Source: Promethearchaeota archaeon
GTDB lineage: Archaea > Asgardarchaeota > Lokiarchaeia > Sigyniarchaeales > SOKP01
Length of the DNA: 64,000 nucleotides
Assembly (NCBI GenBank): GCA_019057795.1
Contig: JAHLWS010000073.1
Location: 102,455-166,454 of the forward strand
Direction of reading: 5' to 3'
The position numbers were made by a program, and so were the translations under genes. Shown here piece after piece: positions 28,001 through 38,684 of this stretch. The stretch's first letter is position 1. The number at the start of each line of letters is the position of its first letter. Below the pieces are notes generated by a model that had not been told where the DNA came from, did no database searches, and saw nothing but the letters and a program-made list of their open reading frames with translations.

Positions 28001-29325
28001 TAGATTTCACTCTGTAAAATTGTGTTATTGTTAAGATCGGTAAAAGCAGGAAGAGTAGTTTGCTTCTGTCCGTTTATCAAGAGGTACGGGTCAGCTCTTT
28101 TTAATACAACGCCAATAGATTTTAGATCTTGTCTGCGCTTAAACAAAAATTTTTTAGATCGTAAATTAATTATCCGTTTAGCGGAAATTGGACCAATTCC
28201 AGGAACGCGGAGTAACTCTTGGTATGACGCTTGGTTTGGATCTACTGGACCACGATCTTTAAAATACTCTCTTGCTAAGTGAATTTTAGGATCTCCTTCG
28301 GGTAAATTACCTTCTTCGGTCAATACTTCTTTCAAATCTTTTAATTTATAATGATAGATTCGTAATAACCAATCGCTTTGATATAGTCTATGTTCTCTTG
28401 CTAACGAAGCTGCTTGTTTACCTGATAACGGCGTACCTACAATTGGAATAAACGAAGAAAAATACGCACGCCTTAGATCAATTTCTTTATATCCCCAATC
28501 AATTCGTCTGAGTAGGTCGTAATCACTCTCACTTTCTGCAGCCCCCACTACAAATTGCGTGGTCTGTCCACTATTGAGAATTGGAGCGCCATCCCATCGA
28601 AATTTTTTATACCCATCATCCCGTCGACCTTTAATCAAATTTTCTTGGTATCTCAATTGATTGTCTTGTTTTAAATCTTTCAAGATTTTGAGAGTTTCCT
28701 CATTGTGTCTGATGCGGATCTGCTTTAACCAGCGTTGGCGAGTTATAATATCGTTATTAAAATCTTTCTGTTCAGCGATTTCAGCCAAGTAATCTTTAGT
28801 GGAGGCTTCCGAATTAATTGAAATTCGATCAGATAGAGATATTGCCTCTTTAAGGAGATACTTACTCACACCTGGTAAACACTTAAAATGCACGTATCCA
28901 CCAAAGTTATATTTGAATCGAAGTAGTCGAACTACTTCCAACATTTCTTCAGATGTTTCATCGGCGCTGCCACAAACTCCAGATGAAATGAAAACTCCTT
29001 CCACTACGTTCATCGAATAGAGTTTCATAAATGTGCGAGCATATTCTTCTGGTGTAAAACTCATCCGGTGCTTACAACTATTAGTAAAGCAGTACTTACA
29101 ACTGTAGATGCATTTGTTAGTGTATAGAGTTTTGAAAAGACTCACGCATCGACCATCAGGGGTATAGCTGTGGCAAATTCCCGCACTTGCTGTGACTCCA
29201 ATCCAATTTTTCGAATCTCCAAAAAGTTTTGGATATTTATCAGTGCGACTGGAAGCGGTACTCGCACAAATATCATATTTTGAATTTGCTCCCAAGACTC
29301 GAATCTTTTCTAAAGTAGACGGCAT
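28000..29325 (-). CDS. Putative DNA modification/repair radical SAM protein (TIGR03916-like) with a C-terminal HhH
   Basis: GICHSYTPDGRCVSL, CxxxCxxC, REHRLYQSDWLLR and LLRVPGIG motifs. Confidence 0.9.
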   Translation of the reverse strand: MPSTLEKIRVLGANSKYDICASTASSRTDKYPKLFGDSKNWIGVTASAGICHSYTPDGRCVSLFKTLYTNKCIYSCKYCFTNSCKHRMSFTPEEYARTFMKLYSMNVVEGVFISSGVCGSADETSEEMLEVVRLLRFKYNFGGYVHFKCLPGVSKYLLKEAISLSDRISINSEASTKDYLAEIAEQKDFNNDIITRQRWLKQIRIRHNEETLKILKDLKQDNQLRYQENLIKGRRDDGYKKFRWDGAPILNSGQTTQFVVGAAESESDYDLLRRIDWGYKEIDLRRAYFSSFIPIVGTPLSGKQAASLAREHRLYQSDWLLRIYHYKLKDLKEVLTEEGNLPEGDPKIHLAREYFKDRGPVDPNQASYQELLRVPGIGPISAKRIINLRSKKFLFKRRQDLKSIGVVLKRADPYLLINGQKQTTLPAFTDLNNNTILQSEI

Positions 29326-29519
29326 TTAAATCATCAGTTAAATAGAATTGTTTTTTTTAATAAGGTGTATAAATCTATCTCTTGATGTTTACTTTATAAA
29401 TCGAGGGGCATATTGAATTTTTAAAATAAATCATATTTTTATAAAAATTTAAGTTTTAATTTCTTTTCTGTTAAATATTAGATATATTTATTTTATACTT
29501 AGACCATTGATTGATAATA

Positions 29520-31337
29520 ATGCCTAAATATACTGGAGGCGAAATAATCGCCAAATATCTGATTAAAGAAGGCGTAAAATATGTTTTGGGGATACCTGGG
29601 CATGGGTGCTTAGCGTTCGTAGATGCATTATATAAAAATAAAGATAAAATTACATTAATTCAACCAAAGCAGGAAATGAGCGGGGTTCATATGTCGATAG
29701 GTTATTTTAGAGTCACTTCTCAACCATTATGCGTATTTACATCGATAGGTCCTGGTGCTATTAACACTGCCATTGGTCTTGCTGATGCTTTCGTAGATAG
29801 TTTTCCCGTCCTCTGCATTACAGGAAATACTCACACACACATGCGAGGCAAGGGAACACTTCAAGAGATTGAAAGAAATAGAGATTCTAATATGCCTCGA
29901 ATATTAGAGCCTATTGTTAAACGCTCTTGGCAAGTAAGTGATGTAAAACAATTACCTACAGTCATGCAAAGAGCTTTTAATCAAATGATGACTGGTAGAA
30001 TGGGACCAACTGTCATTGATCTTCCTATGGATGTTCAGGCGGATGCTATTGATGTCGAAATACCCGAGCCTCTGGAAAGAAGGGCAAGTGGAAAAGTATT
30101 AGGTGCTCCAGAACAAATTAAAAAGGTAGTAGAATTATTAAAAAAAGCGAAAAGACCAGTCCTATTATTAGGTGGTGGTGCAGTTACAGCCGAAACTTAC
30201 GACGAAGTTAAAGAATTAGCAGAGAAACTTGGTGCTGCTGTCGTCGTTACAATGATGGGTAAAGACGCATTTCCAAACGATCACGAGTTATTCGCTTGGA
30301 GCACTGGTAGCAAAGGGACTACTGTCGGGTTGAAAATGACTTCAACTGCAGATGTGCTTCTATCTATAGGTTGTCGATTTGCCGACGAAACTGCTAGTTC
30401 CTACAGGGATGGTGTAAGCTTTTCGATTCCGCCAACAAAATTAATACAAATCGATATCGATCCACACGAAATTGGCAAAAATTATCCTGTTGCAGTTGGA
30501 GTAGTAGGAGACGCTAAAGCGTGTTTGCGTCAAATTATTGAAGAATTTGGCGATTACGCAAGAAATTACCAAAAAACGGATTATTTTAAAGAAATACAAA
30601 AAGAGAAGAAAAAGTGGTTCGAATTTCTTGACGAGCATCGAGACGATTCAAAAGTACCAGTAATGATTTCAACCGTTTTAAGGGAAATAAGAAAGTTTTT
30701 CGATAGAGACGCAATAATTGTAACTAGCTCAGGTAATGTACAAGCTCAAATGATCCAAGAGTTAGAATTTTACGAGCCTAAAACTTGTATTACCGCTGGA
30801 GGATTCTCTACGATGGGATATAGCGTTCCAGCCGCAATTGGCGCAAAACTGGGCTCAATAGATATAGGAAAACCTAATCGTCAAGTCGTAGCACTCGTAG
30901 GCGACGGTGATTTGATGATGACGATTTCGGAGCTATCTGTAGCAGTTCAATTAGGATTAACTAACATCTTCTTTATAGTCTTAAATAATCATGGTTGGAT
31001 TGCTATCAAGGACCTTCAGCAAGCAGCATTTGGCGAAAATCGAGGTTATGGCACTAGTTTTTACGATAAAAGTGGAAATACCTATTCTCCCGATTTTACA
31101 AAAATAGCTGAGGGTTTTGGATGCTACTCTGAGAAGATTTCTAAAAAAGAAGAAATAATTCCCGCGTTAGAGCGAGCGACCAAATCAAATAAGCCTGTAG
31201 TTATAGAAATTCTTGTAAATCGGATTTTTCCTTTTACTGGCTCTCCCGCATGCGGATTTTGGGATGTACCAATTCCAGATTATCTAACAGAACGTAGAAT
31301 AAAGTACGAAGAAGAAATAAAAGGAGAAAAATTATAA
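29520..31337 (+). CDS. Thiamine-diphosphate-dependent enzyme (acetolactate synthase/IolD-like)
   Basis: GIPGHG, TSIGPG and GDG...NN motifs. Confidence 0.85.
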   Translation: MPKYTGGEIIAKYLIKEGVKYVLGIPGHGCLAFVDALYKNKDKITLIQPKQEMSGVHMSIGYFRVTSQPLCVFTSIGPGAINTAIGLADAFVDSFPVLCITGNTHTHMRGKGTLQEIERNRDSNMPRILEPIVKRSWQVSDVKQLPTVMQRAFNQMMTGRMGPTVIDLPMDVQADAIDVEIPEPLERRASGKVLGAPEQIKKVVELLKKAKRPVLLLGGGAVTAETYDEVKELAEKLGAAVVVTMMGKDAFPNDHELFAWSTGSKGTTVGLKMTSTADVLLSIGCRFADETASSYRDGVSFSIPPTKLIQIDIDPHEIGKNYPVAVGVVGDAKACLRQIIEEFGDYARNYQKTDYFKEIQKEKKKWFEFLDEHRDDSKVPVMISTVLREIRKFFDRDAIIVTSSGNVQAQMIQELEFYEPKTCITAGGFSTMGYSVPAAIGAKLGSIDIGKPNRQVVALVGDGDLMMTISELSVAVQLGLTNIFFIVLNNHGWIAIKDLQQAAFGENRGYGTSFYDKSGNTYSPDFTKIAEGFGCYSEKISKKEEIIPALERATKSNKPVVIEILVNRIFPFTGSPACGFWDVPIPDYLTERRIKYEEEIKGEKL

Positions 31338-31350
31338 ATCTTTTTCAATA

Positions 31351-31563
31351 TTACTTATCTTCTGTTGTATATTGATCCTTGAATTTTTCCGAAGCAGGTT
31401 CTCCACCAATTCCCCAATGAGTCTTTGGGATTTCGTGAACAATTACTTCTATAGCGTGTTGGGGGACGCCTAAGTCAACAAAGACTTTGGTTATGTTTTG
31501 TATTACGGTTTTAACTCTTTCATCTCCAAAGCCCTTCCAAACATTTACATGAATAATTGGCAT
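31351..31563 (-). CDS. 4-oxalocrotonate tautomerase family protein
   Basis: N-terminal catalytic Pro; HWGIGG motif. Confidence 0.9.
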   Translation of the reverse strand: MPIIHVNVWKGFGDERVKTVIQNITKVFVDLGVPQHAIEVIVHEIPKTHWGIGGEPASEKFKDQYTTEDK

Positions 31564-31671
31564 TTTTTCACATCTAATTTGTATTATTATATGATATGAT
31601 TCAACCCTTTAATTTTAATTTCTTTCATAAAAATAAAAAAAAAGAAATTTAATAATCAATTATTATATTGA

Positions 31672-32970
31672 GTGAGAATTCTTATGAAAGATTTTTTGGA
31701 ATTATTTGAAGAAAAAAGTATTGATTACATACAATTTCAATTTACCACGATTTTAGGGGAATTTAAGTGTGTTGAATTTCCAGCAAAAATCTGGGAAGAT
31801 ATGAAAGAGGGGGCCGGTATTGACGGGTCTAGTCTTGGGTTTTTAAAAACAGAACAAAGCGACATGAAAGTCGTGCCAGATTTAAACACCTTTGCGACTT
31901 TTCCATGGAATCATAGGGTGGGGAGATTTATTTGCGATATATCCGACAATAAAGGAATTGCTTATCCTACCTGCCCAAGAGGGATATTAAAGAGAATTTT
32001 AAGCTATGCAAATTCTAAGGGCTATGAATTTCTAACAAGACCAGAATTAGAATGGTATTTACTATCAAATGATCTAGAATTTACTGATAAGGGCGCTTAT
32101 ATGGATATGCCTCCTAAAGATTCATTTCACGAATTGCGACGTAAGATAACCGATGATATGATTAGTATGGGCATTAAGCTCAAAACTATTCACCACGAAG
32201 TTGGACCGAGTCAACACGAAGTAGAATTTTTAGCTAATAATGCGTTATATCAAGCTGATAATGTCCAAACAGCAAAAATGATTGTACATGTCGAATCAGA
32301 TTGTAAAAATCTAATATCTACATTCATGCCAAAACCATTTCCGTTAGTAGCAGGAAGTGGTTTACATATTCATCAATATTTAGTCAATAATGGGAAGAAT
32401 ATTTTTGCTGATGCTAATGTAGGTGTAAGCGATATCCTCCGTTATTATATCGGGGGGATTCAAAAGCGTGTGGCCGCCATATCAGCCATTTTAAATCCTA
32501 TCACAAATTCTTATAAGCGACTTATTCCTAATCACGAAGCGCCAGTTTATGTGTCTTGGGGGGTAGGTAATAGAACCGCTTTAATTCGCGTTCCAGGATA
32601 CGAAAAATCTGCTAGGGTAGAATATCGTGCTGGTGATGCGGCCATGAACATCTATCTTGGAACTGCTCTTTTACTTGCCTCTGGCTTAGATGGAATAAAA
32701 AATAAAATCGAACCCAATACTCCAATTACTGAAAATATAGACTCTTTAACTGAGGAGAAGCGAAAAATTTTTGGTATTAAAAAATTACCCCAGAATTTGC
32801 AAAAGTCTTTAGAGGCGTTCGAGAACAGTAAATTTATCAAGAAAATTCTTGGAAAACAATTGGTAGATATTTATATAGATATTAAACGAGAAGAAATTGA
32901 TCAATACCAAATTGCTAAAAACAACGGAAAAGAAGCCAAATGGGAATTGGATAAGTATTTGTTATTATAA
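31672..32970 (+). CDS. glnA: Glutamine synthetase family protein
   Basis: DGSS, HHEVGPSQHE, FMPKP, GSGLH, NSYKRL and NRTALIR motifs. Confidence 0.85.
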   Translation: MRILMKDFLELFEEKSIDYIQFQFTTILGEFKCVEFPAKIWEDMKEGAGIDGSSLGFLKTEQSDMKVVPDLNTFATFPWNHRVGRFICDISDNKGIAYPTCPRGILKRILSYANSKGYEFLTRPELEWYLLSNDLEFTDKGAYMDMPPKDSFHELRRKITDDMISMGIKLKTIHHEVGPSQHEVEFLANNALYQADNVQTAKMIVHVESDCKNLISTFMPKPFPLVAGSGLHIHQYLVNNGKNIFADANVGVSDILRYYIGGIQKRVAAISAILNPITNSYKRLIPNHEAPVYVSWGVGNRTALIRVPGYEKSARVEYRAGDAAMNIYLGTALLLASGLDGIKNKIEPNTPITENIDSLTEEKRKIFGIKKLPQNLQKSLEAFENSKFIKKILGKQLVDIYIDIKREEIDQYQIAKNNGKEAKWELDKYLLL

Positions 32971-32971
32971 A

Positions 32972-34480
32972 TTATCTATAAATCGCGTAATTTTCTTCTA
33001 ATTTTTTTTTTAGTTTTGATGAAAAATTAAATCTTACAGCATAAAAATCAAAAATTATATCATCAATTGATTTCTGCTCATGTGTATAATCATAACCTAA
33101 GTTTTTTTTCTTATATTCAATTATTTGTTCAACCAATACTTCAACCTCTTCTTGCGTTTCTTTGTTGGGCTTAATAAAAGGTAAAGAATGAATCCCAGAT
33201 ATTTGAATGCTGTTGGTATTGTTTATAATTCCTTTAGATAGATAATTATATAGAGAACTATTCAATAGCCCCAAGAAATATTCAATAGAAATCGATTTGT
33301 CCTTAGCGATAAAACCAATTGCCTTATTCGAGTCCCAATAACAACCTTTTGGCATATAACGGGCGGCTAACCTTGAGCTGATACCGCTAATAACGACTCC
33401 TTCTTTTTCAAAAGGCACGTTACTTGGAATGTCGTAAACAGTGATCGACTTATCGTTCCAATCTAAAGCTTCCATAATAGGTCTATAGTATTGATCTCCT
33501 CCACCTCTTTTTAGATATGGTTTCCATTTCTCTGTTTTCAAATCGCTTCTTAAAATAATTTTGAATTTCTCATTCTGTTTAATTTTTGTATAGTTTTTCT
33601 TTCTGAAAATGTCTGCTAGTTCCGTACCTTTAATCGCAGCAATGTATTTCTTATTGTTATGAGTGTGCATTCCAATGTACCCTTTAATAAAATTATCTAG
33701 TTTAGGAGCGTTTTCAAACAAATCAATTATTTGATCCTCTACTTCAAAAAAAAATATGTTAAAAGGTAAAGAACTATATCTTCTCTGCTTGATATCGTTT
33801 ACAACTTGTGGTTTCCAATATTCGTCTTCATTTTTTATCCTCGAAATTATACTCATTAAATTATTATCTCGAACTTGCTCATTGGTATCTCCGGAACGTT
33901 TAGTTAAAAAAATTATTGCTGGATATGTGCTAACGTTCTGCTTATCAAATAAATTAGTTGGTGCGAGTAATATTTCGTTTATTATACAATTCTTAAGAAT
34001 GAATTCTCTTAATTTTTTATGAGTGCTTAAAGTTAAGAAAGTATCGCTCGTGATGAAGCCTAATTTCCCTCCCTCCTTCAAACGCCATATACTATTCACT
34101 ATAAACATTGAATAAGTTTCGTGAGCGTTTGTTTTCCCATAAATTTTTTTTAACTTTACCCTATTTTCTCTTACGTAACTACTTGCCTTATTTAAGTATG
34201 GAGGGTTTCCAACAATAAAATCGAACTCATCATAGCAATCCGAATCAAACGATATTAAAGTATCTATTGCTTTAAAGGATACACCTAATTCTTCAATATC
34301 TGTTTTATAAACAAGATTCACATCATAAGCAGAAATCTGTGCTTTTTTAATTCCAGCTTTCAATAATGATTTAACAAAAGCTCCGGGACCTACGCATGGA
34401 TCTAATACTTTTTGATTGTTTTTAATTTTACCTAATTTTGATATGATATAATCTGCCGTTTTTGGAGGAGTTAAGACCAC
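32972..34480 (-). CDS. Eco57I/TaqI-like N6-adenine DNA methyltransferase (gamma class)
   Basis: Motif I LDPCVGPG, motif IV GNPPY, TaqI-like TRD (YFLGLLNS); frame extends upstream to ATA at 34510. Confidence 0.88.
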   Translation of the reverse strand: MVLTPPKTADYIISKLGKIKNNQKVLDPCVGPGAFVKSLLKAGIKKAQISAYDVNLVYKTDIEELGVSFKAIDTLISFDSDCYDEFDFIVGNPPYLNKASSYVRENRVKLKKIYGKTNAHETYSMFIVNSIWRLKEGGKLGFITSDTFLTLSTHKKLREFILKNCIINEILLAPTNLFDKQNVSTYPAIIFLTKRSGDTNEQVRDNNLMSIISRIKNEDEYWKPQVVNDIKQRRYSSLPFNIFFFEVEDQIIDLFENAPKLDNFIKGYIGMHTHNNKKYIAAIKGTELADIFRKKNYTKIKQNEKFKIILRSDLKTEKWKPYLKRGGGDQYYRPIMEALDWNDKSITVYDIPSNVPFEKEGVVISGISSRLAARYMPKGCYWDSNKAIGFIAKDKSISIEYFLGLLNSSLYNYLSKGIINNTNSIQISGIHSLPFIKPNKETQEEVEVLVEQIIEYKKKNLGYDYTHEQKSIDDIIFDFYAVRFNFSSKLKKKLEENYAIYR

Positions 34481-34540
34481 TCCTAAATTCTTTTTGCTCG
34501 AGTCTATTATTGTTAAACACTTTAAAATTTAATATCTAAA

Positions 34541-35737
34541 TTAAGTTTGGTTATCAAATACTATTAAGTTATCGATGATCATCTCACATAAATTTTTTAA
34601 CAAGGAACTGTCTATTTTGTCTACTGTATCGCGGATCGAATGAATATATTTATACGATTCCATGTCGCCAATTCCTATCCCCTCAAACTTATTATTTTTT
34701 AAATAATATCCATCCGAATGAGAGCCAAAATATATTTTCTTAGGATTTCTTTTAATTTCCAAACCCTTATTATTATTTAAAAACGTGTTGTAAATGGATT
34801 TAACGTTTCCTGACATTTTTTTACCGGGAAATAAGTAAATATTATTGGCGATCGCGTCAAAATTGAAAATTATGGACTCTCTTTTGTTAATGCGTTCTAA
34901 TTTATAGCAGAAATTCCGGATTCCCATAGTTCCACATTCTTCCGCACCCGTAAACACGAACCATAAATTGAAATGATTTAACCTAAATTCTGGATTTGAG
35001 TAGTAATTTAACAATTCAAGTACGCACGCAATTCCAGAAGCGTTATCAATAGCTCCTTTTGACTTGTTATTTGTGGCGTTTAATAGGATAAAAATTGTGG
35101 ATATTAGGTTAATTGCAATTGGAAATGCTCCGATGATGTAAAACAATAATGAATATGAAACGAAAATATAGTTCTTGCAAACGGTTATAATAATTATTGT
35201 AAGGGATGAGAAAACCCAAACTCTTATAGCTCTTATTCTTACAAGAATTGAAAACCTTTGCCCTTTTGAGTCTAAATGGCAAAAGAATAGAACGCCTTTT
35301 TCGCGGTTGCTATCATTGATTATGTTAATTTCTGACTCTTCATTCTTGGACATTAAGTTAAGTTTAACGTAAAGGTTTGCTGAATTTAACTTCTTTCCTA
35401 TTTTTATGCGTTCCGGTTTTCTTGTAATTGTAAATAAAAAGCCCAATAACAATAAAATAAGTATTGAAGAAATTGGAATAATAATTGTATTAAAATTTAA
35501 AAACAACATTAACAGAAGTGCAAATCCCGATAAAACCGCAATTTTAGGGTATATTCTTGCATAAAAAGTACTAAATACGAACTCTTGACTTAACGGTTTA
35601 AATTTTAATTGTTCTAGTTTCTTAAATGCTAAATTAAAAGCCTTTCTTTCGTCGTCCGTACCCGATAATCTTGGAAAGGCAAACGATTTTAAGTTTTCTC
35701 TTATGCGTTTTTCGTCGATCATTATGATTTCTATCAA
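34541..35737 (-). CDS. Membrane M28 family metallopeptidase
   Basis: HLDS, GAIDNASG, GAEE, SD and H motifs plus TM helices. Confidence 0.85.
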   Translation of the reverse strand: MIEIIMIDEKRIRENLKSFAFPRLSGTDDERKAFNLAFKKLEQLKFKPLSQEFVFSTFYARIYPKIAVLSGFALLLMLFLNFNTIIIPISSILILLLLGFLFTITRKPERIKIGKKLNSANLYVKLNLMSKNEESEINIINDSNREKGVLFFCHLDSKGQRFSILVRIRAIRVWVFSSLTIIIITVCKNYIFVSYSLLFYIIGAFPIAINLISTIFILLNATNNKSKGAIDNASGIACVLELLNYYSNPEFRLNHFNLWFVFTGAEECGTMGIRNFCYKLERINKRESIIFNFDAIANNIYLFPGKKMSGNVKSIYNTFLNNNKGLEIKRNPKKIYFGSHSDGYYLKNNKFEGIGIGDMESYKYIHSIRDTVDKIDSSLLKNLCEMIIDNLIVFDNQT

Positions 35738-35742
35738 TTTAT

Positions 35743-37410
35743 TTAATCTAAATAAGCCCCGTACTTTGCAGAACTTACAATTTTTCTGTATATATTTAAA
35801 AAACCTTTCTTTACCTTAGGTTCAGGTTTTTTCCAATTCTTTAATCTATTTTTAATTTCTTCTTCTGAAACTAATAAGTTCAATAGACGATTTTCTAAAT
35901 CTATTTCAATCATATCTCCATCTTGAACTATTGAGATTGGACCACCTTCAAATGCTTCGGGACAAACATGTCCTATGAAAGGTCCTCTTGTTGCGCCTGA
36001 GTACCTTCCATCAGTTATCATTGCTACAGAATCTCCTAGCCCCATACCTATTAGAACGGCTGCGGGGATAGATAATTCTCTCATACCCGGGCTTCCTTTA
36101 GGACCTTCGTATCTAACGACTAAAACATCCCCTTCTTTAATTTTATCACTCATCAAAGCGTCTTTTAATTCTTCTTCCGCTTCAAATACTTTGGCAGGTC
36201 CTTTATGATGTCTCATTTTATAGTCAACTGCACTCTGTTTTACGACTGCTCCTTCTGGCGCTAAGTTCCCTTTTAATACCGCAATACCTCCTTCATTTGA
36301 AATCGGATCGTTTAGGTCGCGTATTATCTGATGTTCTAATACTTCAACTCTTTCAAGATATGTTTCTAACGACTCTCCAAAAATATTTACTGTCGATAAA
36401 TCTAAAAGCTTGGATAATTTCTTGGTAAGAGCTTTAACGCTCCCCGCTTCGTGAAACTCTGTGAGGTTATATTCGGAAGCCGGTTTGAATTTAGCCAATA
36501 ACGGAACAGATTTACTTAATCTATCGAAATCAAAATGGTTTAGAGTGCCGCCAATTTCGTGAGATAACGCACACATATGAAGAATCATGTTAGTGGACCC
36601 TCCAAAAGATAAAGCAACTTTGCACGCATTTTCTATCGATTTATGTGTGATCAAATCTAGAGCGGTAATATTCATTTCTACCAAATTCATTATAGTTTTT
36701 CCCGTTTCTTTACTCAATTCTTCGCGTTCCTTTCCTATTGCGCTTGTAGTAGCACAATCAGGTAACGAAAGCCCCATTACTTCAACGATACAAGCCATTG
36801 TGTTTGCTGTGCCCATCATGTTACACGCTCCTGGAGAACAACAAGTTTCAGATTCAATAAGATAAAAAACTTCCTCACTAATTTTTCCTGCTTTAAATCT
36901 ACCAATTGCCTCTTTGATATCAGAAGTTACAAAAGTCTTTCCTTTTAACGGGCCGTCATTGAAATATTTTGGCTTCATAATACCTCCAGTTAAAAATACT
37001 GTAGGAATATCACATCTGGCGGCTGCTAAGAGCATACCTGGAATAATTTTATCGCACGAACTTAGCATTACCATTCCATTAAAGTTATAGGCTTTTATTG
37101 TACTTTCAATTGACGCAGCTATTATCTCGCGCGAAGGTAAGACAAATTTTGAATAATTGCCTGAATTGGCAATACCATCGCATGTAGCAATTGTATTGAA
37201 TTCCATAGGAGTGCCTTCTGCTTCTCTTACGCCTTCTTTGACATAACTACTCAACTTCCGTAAATGAATGTGTCCAGGATTAATCTCATTCCATGAATTG
37301 ACGATCGCTATATGTGGTTTGGCTAAATCTTTATAAGAATAGCCACAACCACGAAATAAAGCTCTGGAATAAGCTTTCAAAGGATCTAAATCTTCTTTTT
37401 CTGCTGGCAT
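35743..37410 (-). CDS. ilvD: Dihydroxy-acid dehydratase (IlvD/Edd family)
   Basis: CDG, CDK, GTANTM, GPKG.PGM and TDGRYSG motifs. Confidence 0.9.
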   Translation of the reverse strand: MPAEKEDLDPLKAYSRALFRGCGYSYKDLAKPHIAIVNSWNEINPGHIHLRKLSSYVKEGVREAEGTPMEFNTIATCDGIANSGNYSKFVLPSREIIAASIESTIKAYNFNGMVMLSSCDKIIPGMLLAAARCDIPTVFLTGGIMKPKYFNDGPLKGKTFVTSDIKEAIGRFKAGKISEEVFYLIESETCCSPGACNMMGTANTMACIVEVMGLSLPDCATTSAIGKEREELSKETGKTIMNLVEMNITALDLITHKSIENACKVALSFGGSTNMILHMCALSHEIGGTLNHFDFDRLSKSVPLLAKFKPASEYNLTEFHEAGSVKALTKKLSKLLDLSTVNIFGESLETYLERVEVLEHQIIRDLNDPISNEGGIAVLKGNLAPEGAVVKQSAVDYKMRHHKGPAKVFEAEEELKDALMSDKIKEGDVLVVRYEGPKGSPGMRELSIPAAVLIGMGLGDSVAMITDGRYSGATRGPFIGHVCPEAFEGGPISIVQDGDMIEIDLENRLLNLLVSEEEIKNRLKNWKKPEPKVKKGFLNIYRKIVSSAKYGAYLD

Positions 37411-37571
37411 TTTAAGTTCTACTACGACTTATTTATATAATTTAAATTTAATGTTCCTTCTAGATATTATCCGAAAACCAACTATTTTTTAAAAATTTTT
37501 GTTTAATAGTATTTTAGAACATTTTCAGAAATAGAGTTATATATATTAAATTAAATCTTTTACTATTTGTC

Positions 37572-38678
37572 ATGCTGAAAGTAGGAATAATTGGTACTGG
37601 CGTTATTTTTGATCTTAATGTATTAGGATATTTAAATAATAATGATGTTAAGATTACTTGCCTATGTAATAGAACTACAGAGAAAGCAAAAAGAAAAATC
37701 AAACAGTTCGATTTAGATAAAAACATCAGAATATATTCTGATTTTAAAGAAATGTTGGATAAAGAGGAATTAGATATCGTTGAAATCCTCCTACCTCATC
37801 ATCTTCACGCCAAAGTAACTATTTATGCTGCTGGGAGGGGTGTAAAAGCAATCTCAGTCCAAAAACCCATGGCTTTAACGCTAGGTGAAGCAGACAAAAT
37901 GATTAAAGCGTGTAAAGAGTCTGGATCAATTCTTTCGATATACGAGAATTTCTTATTTACCCCCCACGTATTAAAAGCCAAAGAATTAATCGATTTAGAT
38001 TATATTGGCGATCCCTCATCAATTCGAATAAAAATTGCGATGGGCGGTAAAGGTGGTTGGAGCACGACAAGTAGTGCAAACAAATGGAGAAAGGACCCAA
38101 AAAAGATAGGCGGCGCTAAAACGGGCTCCCCAGTTCTACTTGACAACGGGTGGCATGCGTTTGCTTTAGCAAGGTGGTTCTTTGATGAAGATATCGATAA
38201 AGTTTTTGCGTGGACAGACAATTTTAAAGGTTTAGATGCTCCAGCATATGTAATGTTCAAATATAATCAAAGTAGAGAACATGTTGTTCCACAATACGGT
38301 CATATGGAATTTTCTTTGATGCCTGAGATGACCCTTCCTTCAAAATATTATTCCACTGATGAATTTATTGAAATTATCGCAAGTAGAGGAATCATGAAAA
38401 TAAATCAAGGGACTTCTATTGGAAACCCTATGTCAAATTCAGCCATTTTTGCTCCTATTGTTATAATTCGCGATGGTAAAGTGGAAACTTATAACGAATT
38501 TGAAAATGACTGGAAACAAAGCTTTATTAATGCTACGAAACATTTTATAGAGGTTGTTAAAGGAAACAAAAGACCAATATTATCTGGTGAACAAGCCAAA
38601 TATAATTTAAGATTCAATTTAGCTGCTATAAGATCTTCTGAATTGGGCAAAGAAGTATCATTGAAAGAATTCCCTTAA
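37572..38678 (+). CDS. Gfo/Idh/MocA family oxidoreductase
   Basis: GIIGTG, QKPMA and DNGWH motifs. Confidence 0.9.
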   Translation: MLKVGIIGTGVIFDLNVLGYLNNNDVKITCLCNRTTEKAKRKIKQFDLDKNIRIYSDFKEMLDKEELDIVEILLPHHLHAKVTIYAAGRGVKAISVQKPMALTLGEADKMIKACKESGSILSIYENFLFTPHVLKAKELIDLDYIGDPSSIRIKIAMGGKGGWSTTSSANKWRKDPKKIGGAKTGSPVLLDNGWHAFALARWFFDEDIDKVFAWTDNFKGLDAPAYVMFKYNQSREHVVPQYGHMEFSLMPEMTLPSKYYSTDEFIEIIASRGIMKINQGTSIGNPMSNSAIFAPIVIIRDGKVETYNEFENDWKQSFINATKHFIEVVKGNKRPILSGEQAKYNLRFNLAAIRSSELGKEVSLKEFP

Positions 38679-38684
38679 AATAAA

